A DNA stretch of 64,000 bases from contig JAUQXK010000097.1 of NCBI GenBank assembly GCA_030834695.1, forward strand, positions 24,823 through 88,822. Direction: 5' to 3'. The translations under genes were made by a program, and so were the position numbers. Below the pieces are notes generated by a model that saw nothing but the letters and a program-made list of their open reading frames with translations, did no database searches and was not told the origin of the DNA. Source of the DNA: Desulfobacterales bacterium. GTDB lineage: Bacteria > Desulfobacterota > Desulfobacteria > Desulfobacterales > SpSt-501. Below are positions 45,201-56,001 of the stretch, piece after piece (positions within the stretch are counted from its first letter, which is position 1; every line of letters begins with the position of its first letter).

Positions 45201-46277
45201 CTGGTACCGGCCCGACCGTTCCTCAAGCAGGTCTTGAAAAGCCTTTCGCTCGCCCCCCTCGGGTACAATTAGATCTGTCAGCAGCCTGCCGGCGGCTTCG
45301 CCATGGCCGTACCCGAACAGGATTTCCGCCCGAAGGTTCCACAAAACCACTCGTCCCTTGTAATCGAGGGAAATAACGGCGGCGCGGAGCGCATTTACCA
45401 GTGCCCGGTAATGGTCTTCGGACTCGAGAAAGTAGTCGGCGGCCGCCGCGTTAACATCCAGGCCTTTCCGAACCGCCGTGCGGATGGCAACCGTGAAAGC
45501 CGCCAGGAGATAAACGTGGCCGAAGCTCTGGGACAGGCGCCCGATCCAGCTGAGAATGCTACCCGGAACCGCAATCGACACATCGATCAGACCGATGGCG
45601 ATGAGGCCGAGTCCCAGACTGTATAAACGCAGTGCCAAACTGCCTCGCCGCACGGCATGGCTCATGAGGAAGGCTGCGGCCATGGCCAGAAAGGCAGTCG
45701 CAAGGGTAAGGACCAGCTGCCGAACCGGGGTCGTCCCCTCTCCGGCAACATAAAAAACCGGGGCCAGGTCGTACCGCGCTGCGGCCCAGAAAAGCCCGAT
45801 GAGAGCCAGAACCCCGAGGCAGGCGAAGACAGCCTTAACCGCTCCCGGGTCCTCCCGGCCGGATCGCGGCTGTCCGGCCCGCACCGCCGCCACCAGATGC
45901 AGCAAGGCCGCCAGAAAAATGCCGAGGTTGTGCACGGTAACTGCGTCGTTTGGGCCCTCGGCGCTCCCGATGACCAGGCTTGAAATGAGGAAGCAGGATC
46001 CCGTGGCGACGAGCCCGCAGCCGGCATACAGAAGCTCGGGCAGGCCGCTGGCCAGGTAGCCGTTCACCGCGAGCCATGCCCCCCCGGCCGATACCCCTGT
46101 GACCAGCAGCGTGTTGACGAGCATCGTCATCAAGGGGTTTTCATAGCTGACCTCCACCAGTCCGCTGAACCAGATGAAGACCAAGGTGGATGCGGCAAAT
46201 ACGTAAACCGGCAGGGTCGCCGCTCTGCCGGCCCAAGTGGGCACTATGCTCCGAGCCGGGCCAGTATCGATGCTCAC
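42279..46277 (-). CDS. 7TM-sensor / multi-PAS / GAF hybrid-free histidine kinase (HisKA_3 + HATPase_c)
   Basis: ORF 42279..46382; I prefer GTG 46277 (GGGGAGG 4 nt upstream). N-terminal polytopic membrane domain, several PAS/PAC repeats (WDWDV..., RHRDGS-like), GAF, LHDSIGGSLAAIKF (HisKA_3), and EDNGCGFD...GYGLKSMQERAE. Confidence 0.9.
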   Translation of the reverse strand: MSIDTGPARSIVPTWAGRAATLPVYVFAASTLVFIWFSGLVEVSYENPLMTMLVNTLLVTGVSAGGAWLAVNGYLASGLPELLYAGCGLVATGSCFLISSLVIGSAEGPNDAVTVHNLGIFLAALLHLVAAVRAGQPRSGREDPGAVKAVFACLGVLALIGLFWAAARYDLAPVFYVAGEGTTPVRQLVLTLATAFLAMAAAFLMSHAVRRGSLALRLYSLGLGLIAIGLIDVSIAVPGSILSWIGRLSQSFGHVYLLAAFTVAIRTAVRKGLDVNAAAADYFLESEDHYRALVNALRAAVISLDYKGRVVLWNLRAEILFGYGHGEAAGRLLTDLIVPEGGERKAFQDLLEERSGRYQELALRRKDGRGFPAEALVFGIGPGSAQWTNLVIRDISDRRQAENVLRESHLRYELVVAGAQGAIWDWDVVGQRVYFSPQWKALRGYAPDELSDSEVEWRSRIHPEDVARVLNAVQEHFEGRTPVFSEEYRVRCKDGSWKWIFDRGLALRDVAGRVVRMAGSETDITERKNAVEELRKRELRLRQALQVSRSFAFEWNPATDQVTRSVESGPLLGLHGDEAVHDTGRGFFQRVHPEDRERFVATLKTLTPDRPSYTTRYRLVRPDGSLVILEETGIGFFDAGQCLSLMTGISTDVTERETSRERVIHLASFPRLNPNPIAEMDLDGQVRFCNPSAQRLFPDLLQRGLEHPWLAGWDAVRRGVAVHGSYQFEREVTIGDRWYHQMLHFIPESRSVRIYGLDITELKSAEQRLRESQADLNWAQAVGRIGSWRLNVQRNELRWSEENHRIFGVPKGHPMSYETFLGIVHPDDRDYVHRKWSAGLRGEPYNIVHRIVVGDTVKWVRERAELEFDADGKLLGGFGITQDITEHKQADDALRASEARFRLLAETAAELLAASNPQDHIKVIAARVMNHLDCHCFFNFLVADGQPGRLQLNAWAGIPEQEARRIEWLDYGVAVSGCVARDGKRIVAEHIPTTADVRTELVKSYGIKAYACHPLAGVDGRMLGTLSFGTRSRETFSPEALTLMKAAADQVTVALLRMQNERDLQRSADALQEANERLEEMVRLRTLELEDTVSTLRNEILVRKKIQTQLHQLSRKSLEALEADRRTVSRELHDSIGGSLAAIKFGLEEWAERVQQDPACGAQSMGALISHLTDTIKETKRISANLRPLTIDDLGFLATIEWYTRQFCQRFGNIRVVCKIGVEEQDIPEEFKIVLYRVMQEALTNVARHSQADAVTIRLTKSATHFEFEVEDNGCGFDTSNVFGGPDRLSGYGLKSMQERAEICGGTLNLRTRPSAGTSVKVSLPFTAASPD

Positions 46278-46557
46278 TATGCCTCCCCGGCCGCAGGGTC
46301 TTCCTGCGGCCGCGTTCTGTCGAAGTGGTGCGCAGCCATCACCGGCATCTGCGAACGAGAGATGCCTTCTTTTTGCGCCCAAAATACAGTCTGAACCTTA
46401 TATCAATGCCTCGTTTTTCAATGGTATGGATCCGCCGTAGGCGCCGGCCGATCTTCGGAATTTCCGCATAAGCTCACCGGTTCCTGAAACACCAGCCGAC
46501 GAGAGATAACGTCGGAGCGATGCAACCATCAACAGTTGGGCAGTACACGGAGGGCAT

Positions 46558-46821
46558 ATGCAAACGGTGCAGGTGGAGACAACGGGTTCGGTGAGGGATC
46601 TGGTAACGGTCATTGCGCAGCGCCTGGTGGACAACCCCGATTCAGTCTCGGTGGGTGAAGTTTCTTCCGGCCAGACCATGGTGCTGGAACTGCGCGTAGC
46701 CAAGACGGATATCGGCAAAATAATCGGCCGCCAGGGCCGTACCGCGCAGGCCCTCCGTACCATTATCAACGCCGCTTCGGCAAGGGATAAAAAAAGGGCG
46801 GTCCTTGAAATCATGGAATGA
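46558..46821 (+). CDS. KH-domain RNA-binding protein (KhpA/YlqC-like), copy 2
   Basis: 87 aa. [20 protein letters not shown] core. By eye, about half the aligned residues match copy 1 (9253..9483), including the C-terminal KKRAVLEI. Confidence 0.8.
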   Translation: MQTVQVETTGSVRDLVTVIAQRLVDNPDSVSVGEVSSGQTMVLELRVAKTDIGKIIGRQGRTAQALRTIINAASARDKKRAVLEIME

Positions 46822-46854
46822 GGCCGAAGCGCGCGGTACCGCCGGTTTGATCCT

Positions 46855-47358
46855 CTACTCCAGCATCGGCTCCGCCGATTGGCGATCCGCACCGGGTTTC
46901 AGCTCGGGATGGCGCTGCAGCAGCCGGGCGCAGGCGTTCCATCGCAGGATGGCGTCGTCGTTGCCGGCTAATCGCAAAGCCGTGGCGTCTTCGTAGTGCC
47001 GCATGGCTTGGTGCAGCCACTCGTAGGCCAGGCTGCCCGAGCCGGGTTCGCCCCGGTCCAGGTGGGTCTTGGCCCGGCGCTCGCAGACCACCCCCTCGTA
47101 ATATCGGCGGCAGTGCTCGCTTTTCAGGCGGGACAGGACGCCGCGCGCCTCGGAAAAGTGAGGCTCCAGCTCCCGGCCGAACTGGTCGGTCAGGGCCAGC
47201 AACAAGGTGGTCAGGGCCGCTTCATTGTCGGGCTCGACTTCCAGCACGTCCCGGCAGATGCTTTCCGCCTCGACCGGTTCTTTCAGGTACCGATAGCAGC
47301 GCGCCTTATCAAGGGCAGCCGGAACGGCGTCTTTCGAAATCCTTTTCAATGCGTCCAT
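46855..47358 (-). CDS. helical (TPR-like) hypothetical protein, last gene of the sdh operon
   Basis: 167 aa, starts 18 nt after the sdhB stop. Helical, with conserved-looking Cys/His/Trp. No family recognised. Confidence 0.55.
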   Translation of the reverse strand: MDALKRISKDAVPAALDKARCYRYLKEPVEAESICRDVLEVEPDNEAALTTLLLALTDQFGRELEPHFSEARGVLSRLKSEHCRRYYEGVVCERRAKTHLDRGEPGSGSLAYEWLHQAMRHYEDATALRLAGNDDAILRWNACARLLQRHPELKPGADRQSAEPMLE

Positions 47359-47376
47359 CGCAACCTCCCGCTTCGC

Positions 47377-48087
47377 TCAGTCAGACGAGTCTTCCTTCTT
47401 GAGAAGCCGTTTGATCTGCCCGAGACACTTGGTGACCGGGATGCCCTTCGGGCATACTTCAGTGCACCACCACATCGTTTCGCAGCCCCAGATCCCGTCT
47501 TCGTCGTCCAGTTTTCGCAACCGCTCGAGCGTGATGGCGTCGCGCGCGTCGCAGATGTAGCGAAAGGCGCGCAGCAGGGCGGCCGGCCCCAGGTAATTCG
47601 GGTTGACGCGCGTAATGGGGCAGGATGCCGTGCACGCGGCGCACAGGATGCAGCGCAGCGCCGGTTCGATGAACTGCTGGTTTTCGGCGCTTTGCCGGCG
47701 CTCCTTTTCTGGGTGGGCGCCGTTGGTCACCAGATGCGGCCTCACCGCGCGGTGCTTTTCGAAGAACGGCCGCAAATCGACGACCAGGTCTTTGATCACT
47801 TGGAAAACGGGCAGCGGCTCGATGACGAAGTGGTTGGCCGTGTTGAAATCCCGGACCAGCTTCTGGCAGGCCAGCGCCACGCGGCCGTTGATGACCATGG
47901 CGTCCGAACCGCAGATGCCGTGAGCGCAGGAGGCGCGGAAGGCCAAGGTGGGGTCCTGCTCCCAGCGGATGCGGTTCAGGCAGTCCAGCACCTTGTCGCC
48001 GGACTCGGCCGGAACGACGTAGCGCTGATACCGGCCTTTCCGGTCGACCGCCGGGTCGAAGCGGTAGACGGCAAACGTGCAATCCAT
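47377..48087 (-). CDS. sdhB: succinate dehydrogenase / fumarate reductase iron-sulfur subunit
   Basis: 236 aa. 2Fe-2S (SCAHGICGSDAMVINGRVALAC), 4Fe-4S (CILCAACTASCP) and 3Fe-4S (CTEVCPKGI) motifs. Confidence 0.9.
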   Translation of the reverse strand: MDCTFAVYRFDPAVDRKGRYQRYVVPAESGDKVLDCLNRIRWEQDPTLAFRASCAHGICGSDAMVINGRVALACQKLVRDFNTANHFVIEPLPVFQVIKDLVVDLRPFFEKHRAVRPHLVTNGAHPEKERRQSAENQQFIEPALRCILCAACTASCPITRVNPNYLGPAALLRAFRYICDARDAITLERLRKLDDEDGIWGCETMWWCTEVCPKGIPVTKCLGQIKRLLKKEDSSD

Positions 48088-48088
48088 C

Positions 48089-49796
<1,708 letters not shown>

Positions 49797-49813
<17 letters not shown>

Positions 49814-50135
49814 GGCACCCCCCTCCGCCGCGGTTCTCGGCCGGCTGTTGCCGGCCGCCGGCAACAGCTGCTCGAGCGACGAATTTGCGCAAGGTCACCA
49901 GTCGGCGCCGGTTGCACCACACCCAGTGCGCACCGTGCCGTCTGGCCCATTCACCCGCCTGCACGCGCTCGGTCGACGGATCGAGGAGCGGGCGAACCAG
50001 CTCCCCGCGCAGGCGACCGTACAAATCCAGGGGGTCCTGCCAGTCGGCCGGAAATTTTTCGCCCCGGCTCTCCGGCCTTACGGTGCCCCATGCCCTGAAC
50101 CACTTGGAGCCTGTGCCAGCACACCTTAACCGCAC
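49797..50135 (-). CDS. hypothetical 112-aa Trp/Arg-rich protein preceding sdhA
   Basis: GTG 50135 with GAGGAGG 5 nt upstream. The stop overlaps the sdhA start by 17 nt. The central part has host-like G/C third positions. It has no TM helices, so it is not a membrane anchor. Confidence 0.35.
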
Positions 50136-50247
50136 GGTACCTCCTCGATGGCCGGCCGCCTCACGATCCGCCCGGCCTTGCCCGGGAGCCGCTACCGGTC
50201 CAACCCCTTGCCCGCCGGCCTCATGTGCAGGATCCCGGCTGCATTCG

Positions 50248-50637
50248 TCATCCTGCCTCCAGCACTCCCATGCGCCCGGACTCGAAAGCTCTTTCCCGGG
50301 CTTCCATGCGGGTCTTGCAATCGAGACAGTAGTCGGTAACCGGCCGGGCCTTCAATCGGGCGATCGGGATATCCTCGCCGCAACCCTGGCAGATGCCGAA
50401 GGTCCCTTCTTCGATGCGGACCAGTGCACGTTTGATTTTCCGGCTGAGCAACCTTTCCCGCTCGCGCATTCTAAAAGCGAAGTTGATGCGTTCTTCGAGA
50501 GCCGCCTTGTCGATGATATCGGAGGCCGTTTCGGCGTCACCCGCCAGCCGCATCTCCGCCATCGCTTGGTTTAGAGAAAGTCGCGCGATCTCGTTCACCA
50601 ACTGTTTCCTGAAGGAATTGATCTGTTTTGCGTTCAT
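50248..50637 (-). CDS. DksA/TraR-family C4 zinc-finger protein
   Basis: 129 aa. Coiled-coil region plus CQGCGEDIPIARLKARPVTDYCLDC. Confidence 0.85.
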   Translation of the reverse strand: MNAKQINSFRKQLVNEIARLSLNQAMAEMRLAGDAETASDIIDKAALEERINFAFRMRERERLLSRKIKRALVRIEEGTFGICQGCGEDIPIARLKARPVTDYCLDCKTRMEARERAFESGRMGVLEAG

Positions 50638-50895
50638 CCCGGATGTCCTTTCCTTGCGGTAGAGTAGGATGTGGATGCCGCTCGGCGTATCAGCAGCCCG
50701 AACTTACTCCGGTGCGGACGAGGGAATAAATGGGGTTGATGCTGTATTTTTCCATGGGGGTCGCTGAGCCCGGCAATAGCTATTTGCCTGTTGCAGCCCA
50801 TTGTGCTAAAAATATGCAATCGGCCGGGGCTTGTGCCGGAGCGGCCGATTCACGCGCCTCAGGTTGCCTGCATCCCTTGAAGAGAGGTTTCCGCC

Positions 50896-51555
50896 ATGGA
50901 AACGAAGAAGATCTTCATCGTCGAGGACCACCGGCTGTTCCGGGAAGGGCTCAAGGCCATGCTGTCGCCCCACCCCGAGTACGAAATCATCGGCGAGGCC
51001 GAAGACGGGCTGGAAGCCATCCGGCTGATCCGGAAACACAAGCCCGACCTCGTGCTGCTGGACCTCTCCATGCCCCGGTTGAACGGCTTCTCGGTCATGC
51101 GCGAAATCAAGGCGGAAATGCCCGACGTCAAGATCCTGGTTCTCAGCATCCATGAATCCGACCAGTACGTTCTGCAGGCGTTCGAGTCCAAGGCGAACGG
51201 ATACGCCATCAAGGACTGCAGCCGCGACGAATTGCGGATCGCCATCCGCAGCGTGCTGGATGGCAAGAAATACATCAGTCCGGGAATTGCCGGCAGCGTG
51301 CTGGAGGGCTACCTGAACGGGCACAAGACGCTTAAAAGCAAAAGCTCGCTCGACCTGGTGACCCAGCGCGAGAAAGAGGTCCTGAAGCTGCTGGCCGAGG
51401 GCTATCAAAACAAGGAAATCGCCGACCTGCTTTGCATCAGCGTCAAGACCGTCGAAAAACACCGCTCCAACCTGATCAGCAAGCTGGATCTCCACAACGC
51501 CGCCGCGCTCACCGCATTCGCAATCGAGCACGACCTAATTACTCGAAAAACCTGA
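50896..51555 (+). CDS. NarL/FixJ-family response regulator
   Basis: 219 aa. Receiver domain ([22 protein letters not shown]) and LuxR HTH ([39 protein letters not shown]). Confidence 0.9.
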   Translation: METKKIFIVEDHRLFREGLKAMLSPHPEYEIIGEAEDGLEAIRLIRKHKPDLVLLDLSMPRLNGFSVMREIKAEMPDVKILVLSIHESDQYVLQAFESKANGYAIKDCSRDELRIAIRSVLDGKKYISPGIAGSVLEGYLNGHKTLKSKSSLDLVTQREKEVLKLLAEGYQNKEIADLLCISVKTVEKHRSNLISKLDLHNAAALTAFAIEHDLITRKT

Positions 51556-51715
51556 TCCCGAGAGACACCCCACCGGCACCCGGCTTCCCTGTATCGCTCC
51601 GGGTCTCTATTCCCCGTCTTTGTTACTTCTCCGGCAAGCTGATCGCCGTGGACACCAGCGGGTAATTCACCGCGGCCAGCGTGGAATCGGCTCCGTCTTT
51701 CCGACACCATGGCGG

Positions 51716-52009
51716 TTAGGATGTCGCCCTTGCGTTTCCCACGGATAGCTGGGAGACCCGATGACCCGTGAACACGATTTTGGCGGATCGGCCGTTTAGG
51801 GACCGCATAAACCTGTGGAAAACATCAATCCCAAAAGGGTAAATGTTTTTCAGGCCGCTCGTGTGAATGGCGATCTTGGCGGCTTCTGCGGGCAATTTCT
51901 TGATGGCATATATCAGCTCATATGCGGAGGTCGCGTCGAAGTCGCCCTCCAATTTCAACACATAGACATCGCTGGTTCTGTCGACTGCGATTCCGAAATT
52001 GGATGCCAT
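51716..52009 (-). CDS. STAS-domain-like small protein (anti-sigma-antagonist fold, no phosphorylatable Ser seen)
   Basis: 97 aa, GGAGAAGG RBS. VYVLKLEGDFDATSAYEL...KIAIHTSGLKNIYPFGIDVF...KIVFTG follows the SpoIIAA/STAS layout, with YPFG where DSSG is expected. Confidence 0.5.
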   Translation of the reverse strand: MASNFGIAVDRTSDVYVLKLEGDFDATSAYELIYAIKKLPAEAAKIAIHTSGLKNIYPFGIDVFHRFMRSLNGRSAKIVFTGHRVSQLSVGNARATS

Positions 52010-52376
52010 AACCTGCCTTCTCCTTCTCGCCGGGTAGTTGTGCTCGTTAAGCGATCATGCCGACGGAACGTTTCCCTCAACGGCATGAGCGCTCCCCCCG
52101 TTCGATTCAATGCGGGGCCTGCCGATTAAATGCCCACGCCATCCGTGGTGCGATTAATGATGTTGCTTTGATAATTTTAAAAACGGCCGGCGTAAATACA
52201 GTCAATCATGCATTTCGAAAATACAGGATTCACCCCATCCCCACTGCCAACCGGCTGAATTAGAATCTTCGCACCACCCAACGTGATATCCGACAACCCG
52301 ATATCCCCATGATTGAATTCCATTAAATCCATCGTCATCGACCGTCGGATTTTCATAGAACCTTTGGAAGCGAGGG

Positions 52377-53768
52377 ATGAGCGCCATGAATACACGACCG
52401 AATCAACCGATTGAAGCCCTGAAGGGCCGGGTGAAAGGCAAGGTGATGCTGCCCGGCGACCCGGGCTATGATGACGCCCGCAGGATTTGGAACGCCATGA
52501 TCGACCGCAGGCCGGCCGTCATTGTGCAGTGCGCTGAGGCAGCGGACGTGCCGCACGCCGTTTCGTTTGCGCGGGCCCAGGAGTTGGAAATCTCCATACG
52601 CGGCGCCGGACACAACATCGCCGGCAATGCCGTGTGCGACAACGGCATGATGATCGATTTTTCAGGAATGCGGACGGTCCGGGTCGACGTCGAAAGCCGG
52701 CGGGCGCGGGTTGAGCCCGGTGCGACCCTGAGTGACGTCGACCGCGCCACCCAGCAGCACGGGCTGGCCACTCCCCTGGGGATCAATTCCACCACCGGCA
52801 TCGCCGGCCTCACGCTGGGCGGCGGTTTCGGCTGGCTGACCCGCAAATACGGAATGACGATCGACAATTTGGTCTCCGTCGATATGGTCACCGCCGACGG
52901 GGCGCAGATACGGGCCAGCGACCGCGAGAACACCGATCTGTACTGGGCCGTCCGGGGCGGCGGGGGCAACTTCGGCATCGCGACCCGGTTCGAATTCAGC
53001 CTTCATCCGGTGGGGCCCGAGGTCATCGCCGGCCTGCTCGTGTTCCCATTCGCCCAGGCCCGGCAGGTGTTGGCGAAATACCGTGAATTCGTGAAGTCGG
53101 CCCCCGAAGACATGAATGTGTGGGTGGTGTTGCGCAAGGCGCCTCCCCTGCCGTTTCTGCCGGCCAGCGTGCACGGCAAGGAGATCGCGGCGCTGGCCGT
53201 CTTCTATGCGGGCAGCGATCCGGGAGGCCAAAGGCTCATCGAACCCCTGCGCCGTTTCGGTGACGCGCACGGCGAGCATATCGGCGCCCAGCCCTACGCG
53301 CAGTGGCAGCAGGCCTTTGACCCGCTGCTGACGCCGGGTGCACGAAATTATTGGAAATCCCACAATTTCACGGAAATCAGCGACGGGGCCCTGGATGCGA
53401 TCCTGGAGTTCGCCGGCCGCCTGCCCACCGCGCAATGCGAGATCTTCCTGGGGTTGATCGCCGGAGCCGCCAACCGGATCCCGGCGGATGCCACCGCGTA
53501 TGGCCATCGGGGTACGAAGTTCGTTCTCAACGTGCACGGACGCTGGGATGACCCGGCGGACGACGGAAGATGCATCGCCTGGGCCCGCGATTTTTTCAAG
53601 GCATCGGCCCCTTATGCATCCCCCGGGGCCTATGTGAACTTCATGACGGAGGAGGAGACCGACCGCATCGCCGCCGCCTACGGGTCAAGCTATGCGCGGC
53701 TGGTCCAGATCAAGAGGAGGTACGACCCTGAGAACATTTTCCACATGAACCAGAACATCAAACCGTGA
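52377..53768 (+). CDS. FAD-linked oxidase (PCMH-type FAD_binding_4 + C-terminal BBE-like domain)
   Basis: 463 aa. RGAGHNIAGNAV, GGGFGWLTRKYG, and C-terminal YVNFM...YARLVQIKRRYDPENIFHMNQNI. Confidence 0.9.
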   Translation: MSAMNTRPNQPIEALKGRVKGKVMLPGDPGYDDARRIWNAMIDRRPAVIVQCAEAADVPHAVSFARAQELEISIRGAGHNIAGNAVCDNGMMIDFSGMRTVRVDVESRRARVEPGATLSDVDRATQQHGLATPLGINSTTGIAGLTLGGGFGWLTRKYGMTIDNLVSVDMVTADGAQIRASDRENTDLYWAVRGGGGNFGIATRFEFSLHPVGPEVIAGLLVFPFAQARQVLAKYREFVKSAPEDMNVWVVLRKAPPLPFLPASVHGKEIAALAVFYAGSDPGGQRLIEPLRRFGDAHGEHIGAQPYAQWQQAFDPLLTPGARNYWKSHNFTEISDGALDAILEFAGRLPTAQCEIFLGLIAGAANRIPADATAYGHRGTKFVLNVHGRWDDPADDGRCIAWARDFFKASAPYASPGAYVNFMTEEETDRIAAAYGSSYARLVQIKRRYDPENIFHMNQNIKP

Positions 53769-54022
53769 GGCCGCTAGGTCGATTGGAAGCGCGGGCAGGC
53801 TCAAGAGGAAGTTCCTCGAACCCGCTGCCGGCTGGCGATTCCGTGATCCGGGATCAACCGTCTCGAACCGGCGAAAAGGAAGCGGGGATCGCCCGGTTCG
53901 AGTACATAGGTCGTCTGGATGGAAACTGGGGCGGGTGGGCGCAGCACAAAATAAGCCGCATCCGCCAGAAGATGCTTCTTCAACCGGATCCGACCCACAG
54001 AGGGTCTTCGTAGAGCGTCGTC

Positions 54023-54883
54023 ATGTATCTTCAATTTTATGAATTGAAAGCGCACCCTTTTAAAACGAACCCCGATCCCAAGTTCCTGTGGTTGGGAGAG
54101 AAACACAATGAAGCCTTCGCGACGCTTGAATATGGGATACTCATGAGGAATGGTTTTATCCTTTTGACAGGCGGCATCGGTACCGGCAAAACCACTCTGA
54201 TCCGGCACCTTATGAACAAAATCAGCAAGCAATTCCGGGTGGCGACCATTTTTGACCCGGACATGCCCTTTTTGGGGTTCTTCAATTATTTGTCGGAAGA
54301 ACTCGGGATGAACGGCAAGTTTGACAACAAATCCGATTTCCTCATTGGTTTCAGGGAGTTCTTGGTCAAGGCCAACATGGAGGGGCGAAGCGTCTTCATC
54401 ATCATCGACGAGGCTCAACGACTTAGCCAGGAACTCCTTGAACAGATTCGACTTTTGTCAAACATCGAGTTGGATGATGAAAAATTAATAAACATCTTCT
54501 TCGTCGGGCAAAGCGAATTCAGAGAAACCTTGATGAAGAAGGGGAATGAATCCATCAGCCAGAGAATGACCTTGAGCTACCATATTCAACCCCTGAATGA
54601 ATCCGAAACTATAAATTATATCGAACACCGGGTGAAAGTCGCCGGTTCGCGGAGGAGCATATTCACCATTCAGGCATCCAAGACCGTTCATTCCCTCTCC
54701 GGCGGAATACCCCGATTGATTAATTCGATTTGTGACTGCGCTTTATTGAACGGCTTTATATCGGATCGGGAAGTCATCACCCAAGCGCTCATAAACGCTT
54801 GCCAGGCGGATCTGCGCATCCCTTTGGCGACGGTCGCCAAACAGAGGCAGGCGATCGAAGACGCAAAATCGACCGCGATATGA
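54023..54883 (+). CDS. ExeA/GspA-type AAA ATPase (AAA_22), orphan
   Basis: 286 aa. MYLQFYELKAHPFKTNPDPKFLW, Walker A GGIGTGKTT, Walker B FIIIDEAQ. G+C is visibly lower than in the flanks. Confidence 0.85.
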   Translation: MYLQFYELKAHPFKTNPDPKFLWLGEKHNEAFATLEYGILMRNGFILLTGGIGTGKTTLIRHLMNKISKQFRVATIFDPDMPFLGFFNYLSEELGMNGKFDNKSDFLIGFREFLVKANMEGRSVFIIIDEAQRLSQELLEQIRLLSNIELDDEKLINIFFVGQSEFRETLMKKGNESISQRMTLSYHIQPLNESETINYIEHRVKVAGSRRSIFTIQASKTVHSLSGGIPRLINSICDCALLNGFISDREVITQALINACQADLRIPLATVAKQRQAIEDAKSTAI

Positions 54884-55074
54884 TCACGCAAAATCCAATC
54901 TTTGACTCTCCTGATCCGCCCTGTCTCAACACCACGGCGGCCAGCCGAACGGCATGGCGCCGGTCGCGGCATGGACCGCCAGCCCCCCCCGGAAGATGAA
55001 ACCGACGACGCGATCTTCCCGATCCATTGATGAAATAAGCCATTATTGCTTCGGCAATTAAATATGCCAATATT

Positions 55075-55165
55075 TGTCATTCCGGCGAAAGCCGGAATCC
55101 AGAGCGGGAGTGGATGCCCCCGTATCGTGTGGTACGGGGCAGGCTTATCAAGTCCGGCATGACGG
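55075..55165. repeat. intergenic repeat unit of the type whose spurious translations read ...IPAFAGMT.../...RRKPESR...
   Basis: TGTCATTCCGGCGAAAGCCGGAATCCAGAG contains the GNRA hairpin CCGGC-GAAA-GCCGG (55082-55095). A second hairpin is CCCCGTA...TACGGGG (55128-55149), and the unit ends in ...AGTCCGGCATGACGG. I recall this unit from many environmental bacterial genomes. Confidence 0.5.
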
Positions 55166-55515
55166 TCTTTGCGTATTTCGCTGCCGGTTTCGTAATTCGT
55201 CCGACCCGTCGAGAGCGCCATCTTGGTCTTTTGTTCCGGCCCGATTCGGGATAACATGCAATTGACTCCAGGGGTCGCTTTCAGTTTCAGAGTTCCTGCT
55301 CATTTGGCCCTGCAAAACACCATTCGACGAGTTCCACCGAAACCGTATTTGGGAGGCCCCTGCATGGGAAGGCACTTCACCGTGCCCGGCGACATGACGG
55401 TTCCCCACTCCAATTTTGAAGTCGGCCGCCGGGAACTGCTTGCGCTCATTGCGCAGTTGATCGGGTGGCCGGCAGCGCTAACCCCATTTCAAAAACCTAT
55501 GACTCAGGAGGGGCC

Positions 55516-56001
55516 ATGACCGACCGACGGAATGCCATCGCAACCGAGCTTGAACGCAACCTGTCCGAAACCGTGTCCCTTTTCCAGTCCCTGGGCCCGG
55601 ATGAGCTTCGCACCCAACTCTACTCCGACGGAGCCCAGTGGACGGTGCGGCAGGTGCTGGCCCACTTCATCGCCATCGAAGGCTCCATGCAATGGCTCTT
55701 TAAAAACATGCTGGCCGGCGGCCCGGGCGCGCCGCCGGACTTCGACTTCGAACGCTTCAACCGCACTCAGACCCCCAAATTCGACGGCTTGGCCCTGGAT
55801 GAGCTGATCGAACGCTTCACGGCCGTGCGGCAGGAGACCCTCCGCATCCTCCGCGAGATGAAGGAAGAGGACCTCGACCGCGAGGGCCTGCACGCCTTTC
55901 ACGGGAAAGGAAAACTCGACCGCTTCATCCGCTGGGCCTACGAACACGTCCGCCTGCATGAAGAGGATGTCAGGAAGGTGTTGCGCAAAACGGGCGGGTA
56001 A
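55516..56001 (+). CDS. DinB-family (four-helix-bundle, metal-dependent) protein
   Basis: ORF 55465..56001 trimmed to ATG 55516 (CAGGAGG upstream). VRQVLAHFIAIE...WAYEHVRLHEEDV gives the His triad pattern. Confidence 0.8.
   Translation: MTDRRNAIATELERNLSETVSLFQSLGPDELRTQLYSDGAQWTVRQVLAHFIAIEGSMQWLFKNMLAGGPGAPPDFDFERFNRTQTPKFDGLALDELIERFTAVRQETLRILREMKEEDLDREGLHAFHGKGKLDRFIRWAYEHVRLHEEDVRKVLRKTGG

Noticed and set aside
50762-50790. Sigma54-type -24/-12 promoter at CCCGGCAATAGCTATTTGCC upstream of the NarL-type RR.
   Set aside because: The GG-to-GC spacing is 2 nt longer than the consensus TGGCAC-N5-TTGC. It is more likely a simple imperfect palindrome.
52177-52395. 72-aa minus-strand ORF (…MEFNHGDIGLSDITLGGAKILIQPVGSGDGVNPVFSKCMIDCIYAGRF), considered as a small gene or RiPP-like precursor.
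   Set aside because: It has a weak or absent RBS and overlaps the start and promoter of the FAD oxidase. There are no adjacent modification or transport genes and no family was recognised.
53801-54418. 205-aa minus-strand ORF, considered as a gene or a pseudogene remnant next to ExeA.
   Set aside because: Most of it is antisense to the well-supported ExeA-type ATPase. The non-overlapping tail (53801-54020) shows no recognisable similarity.
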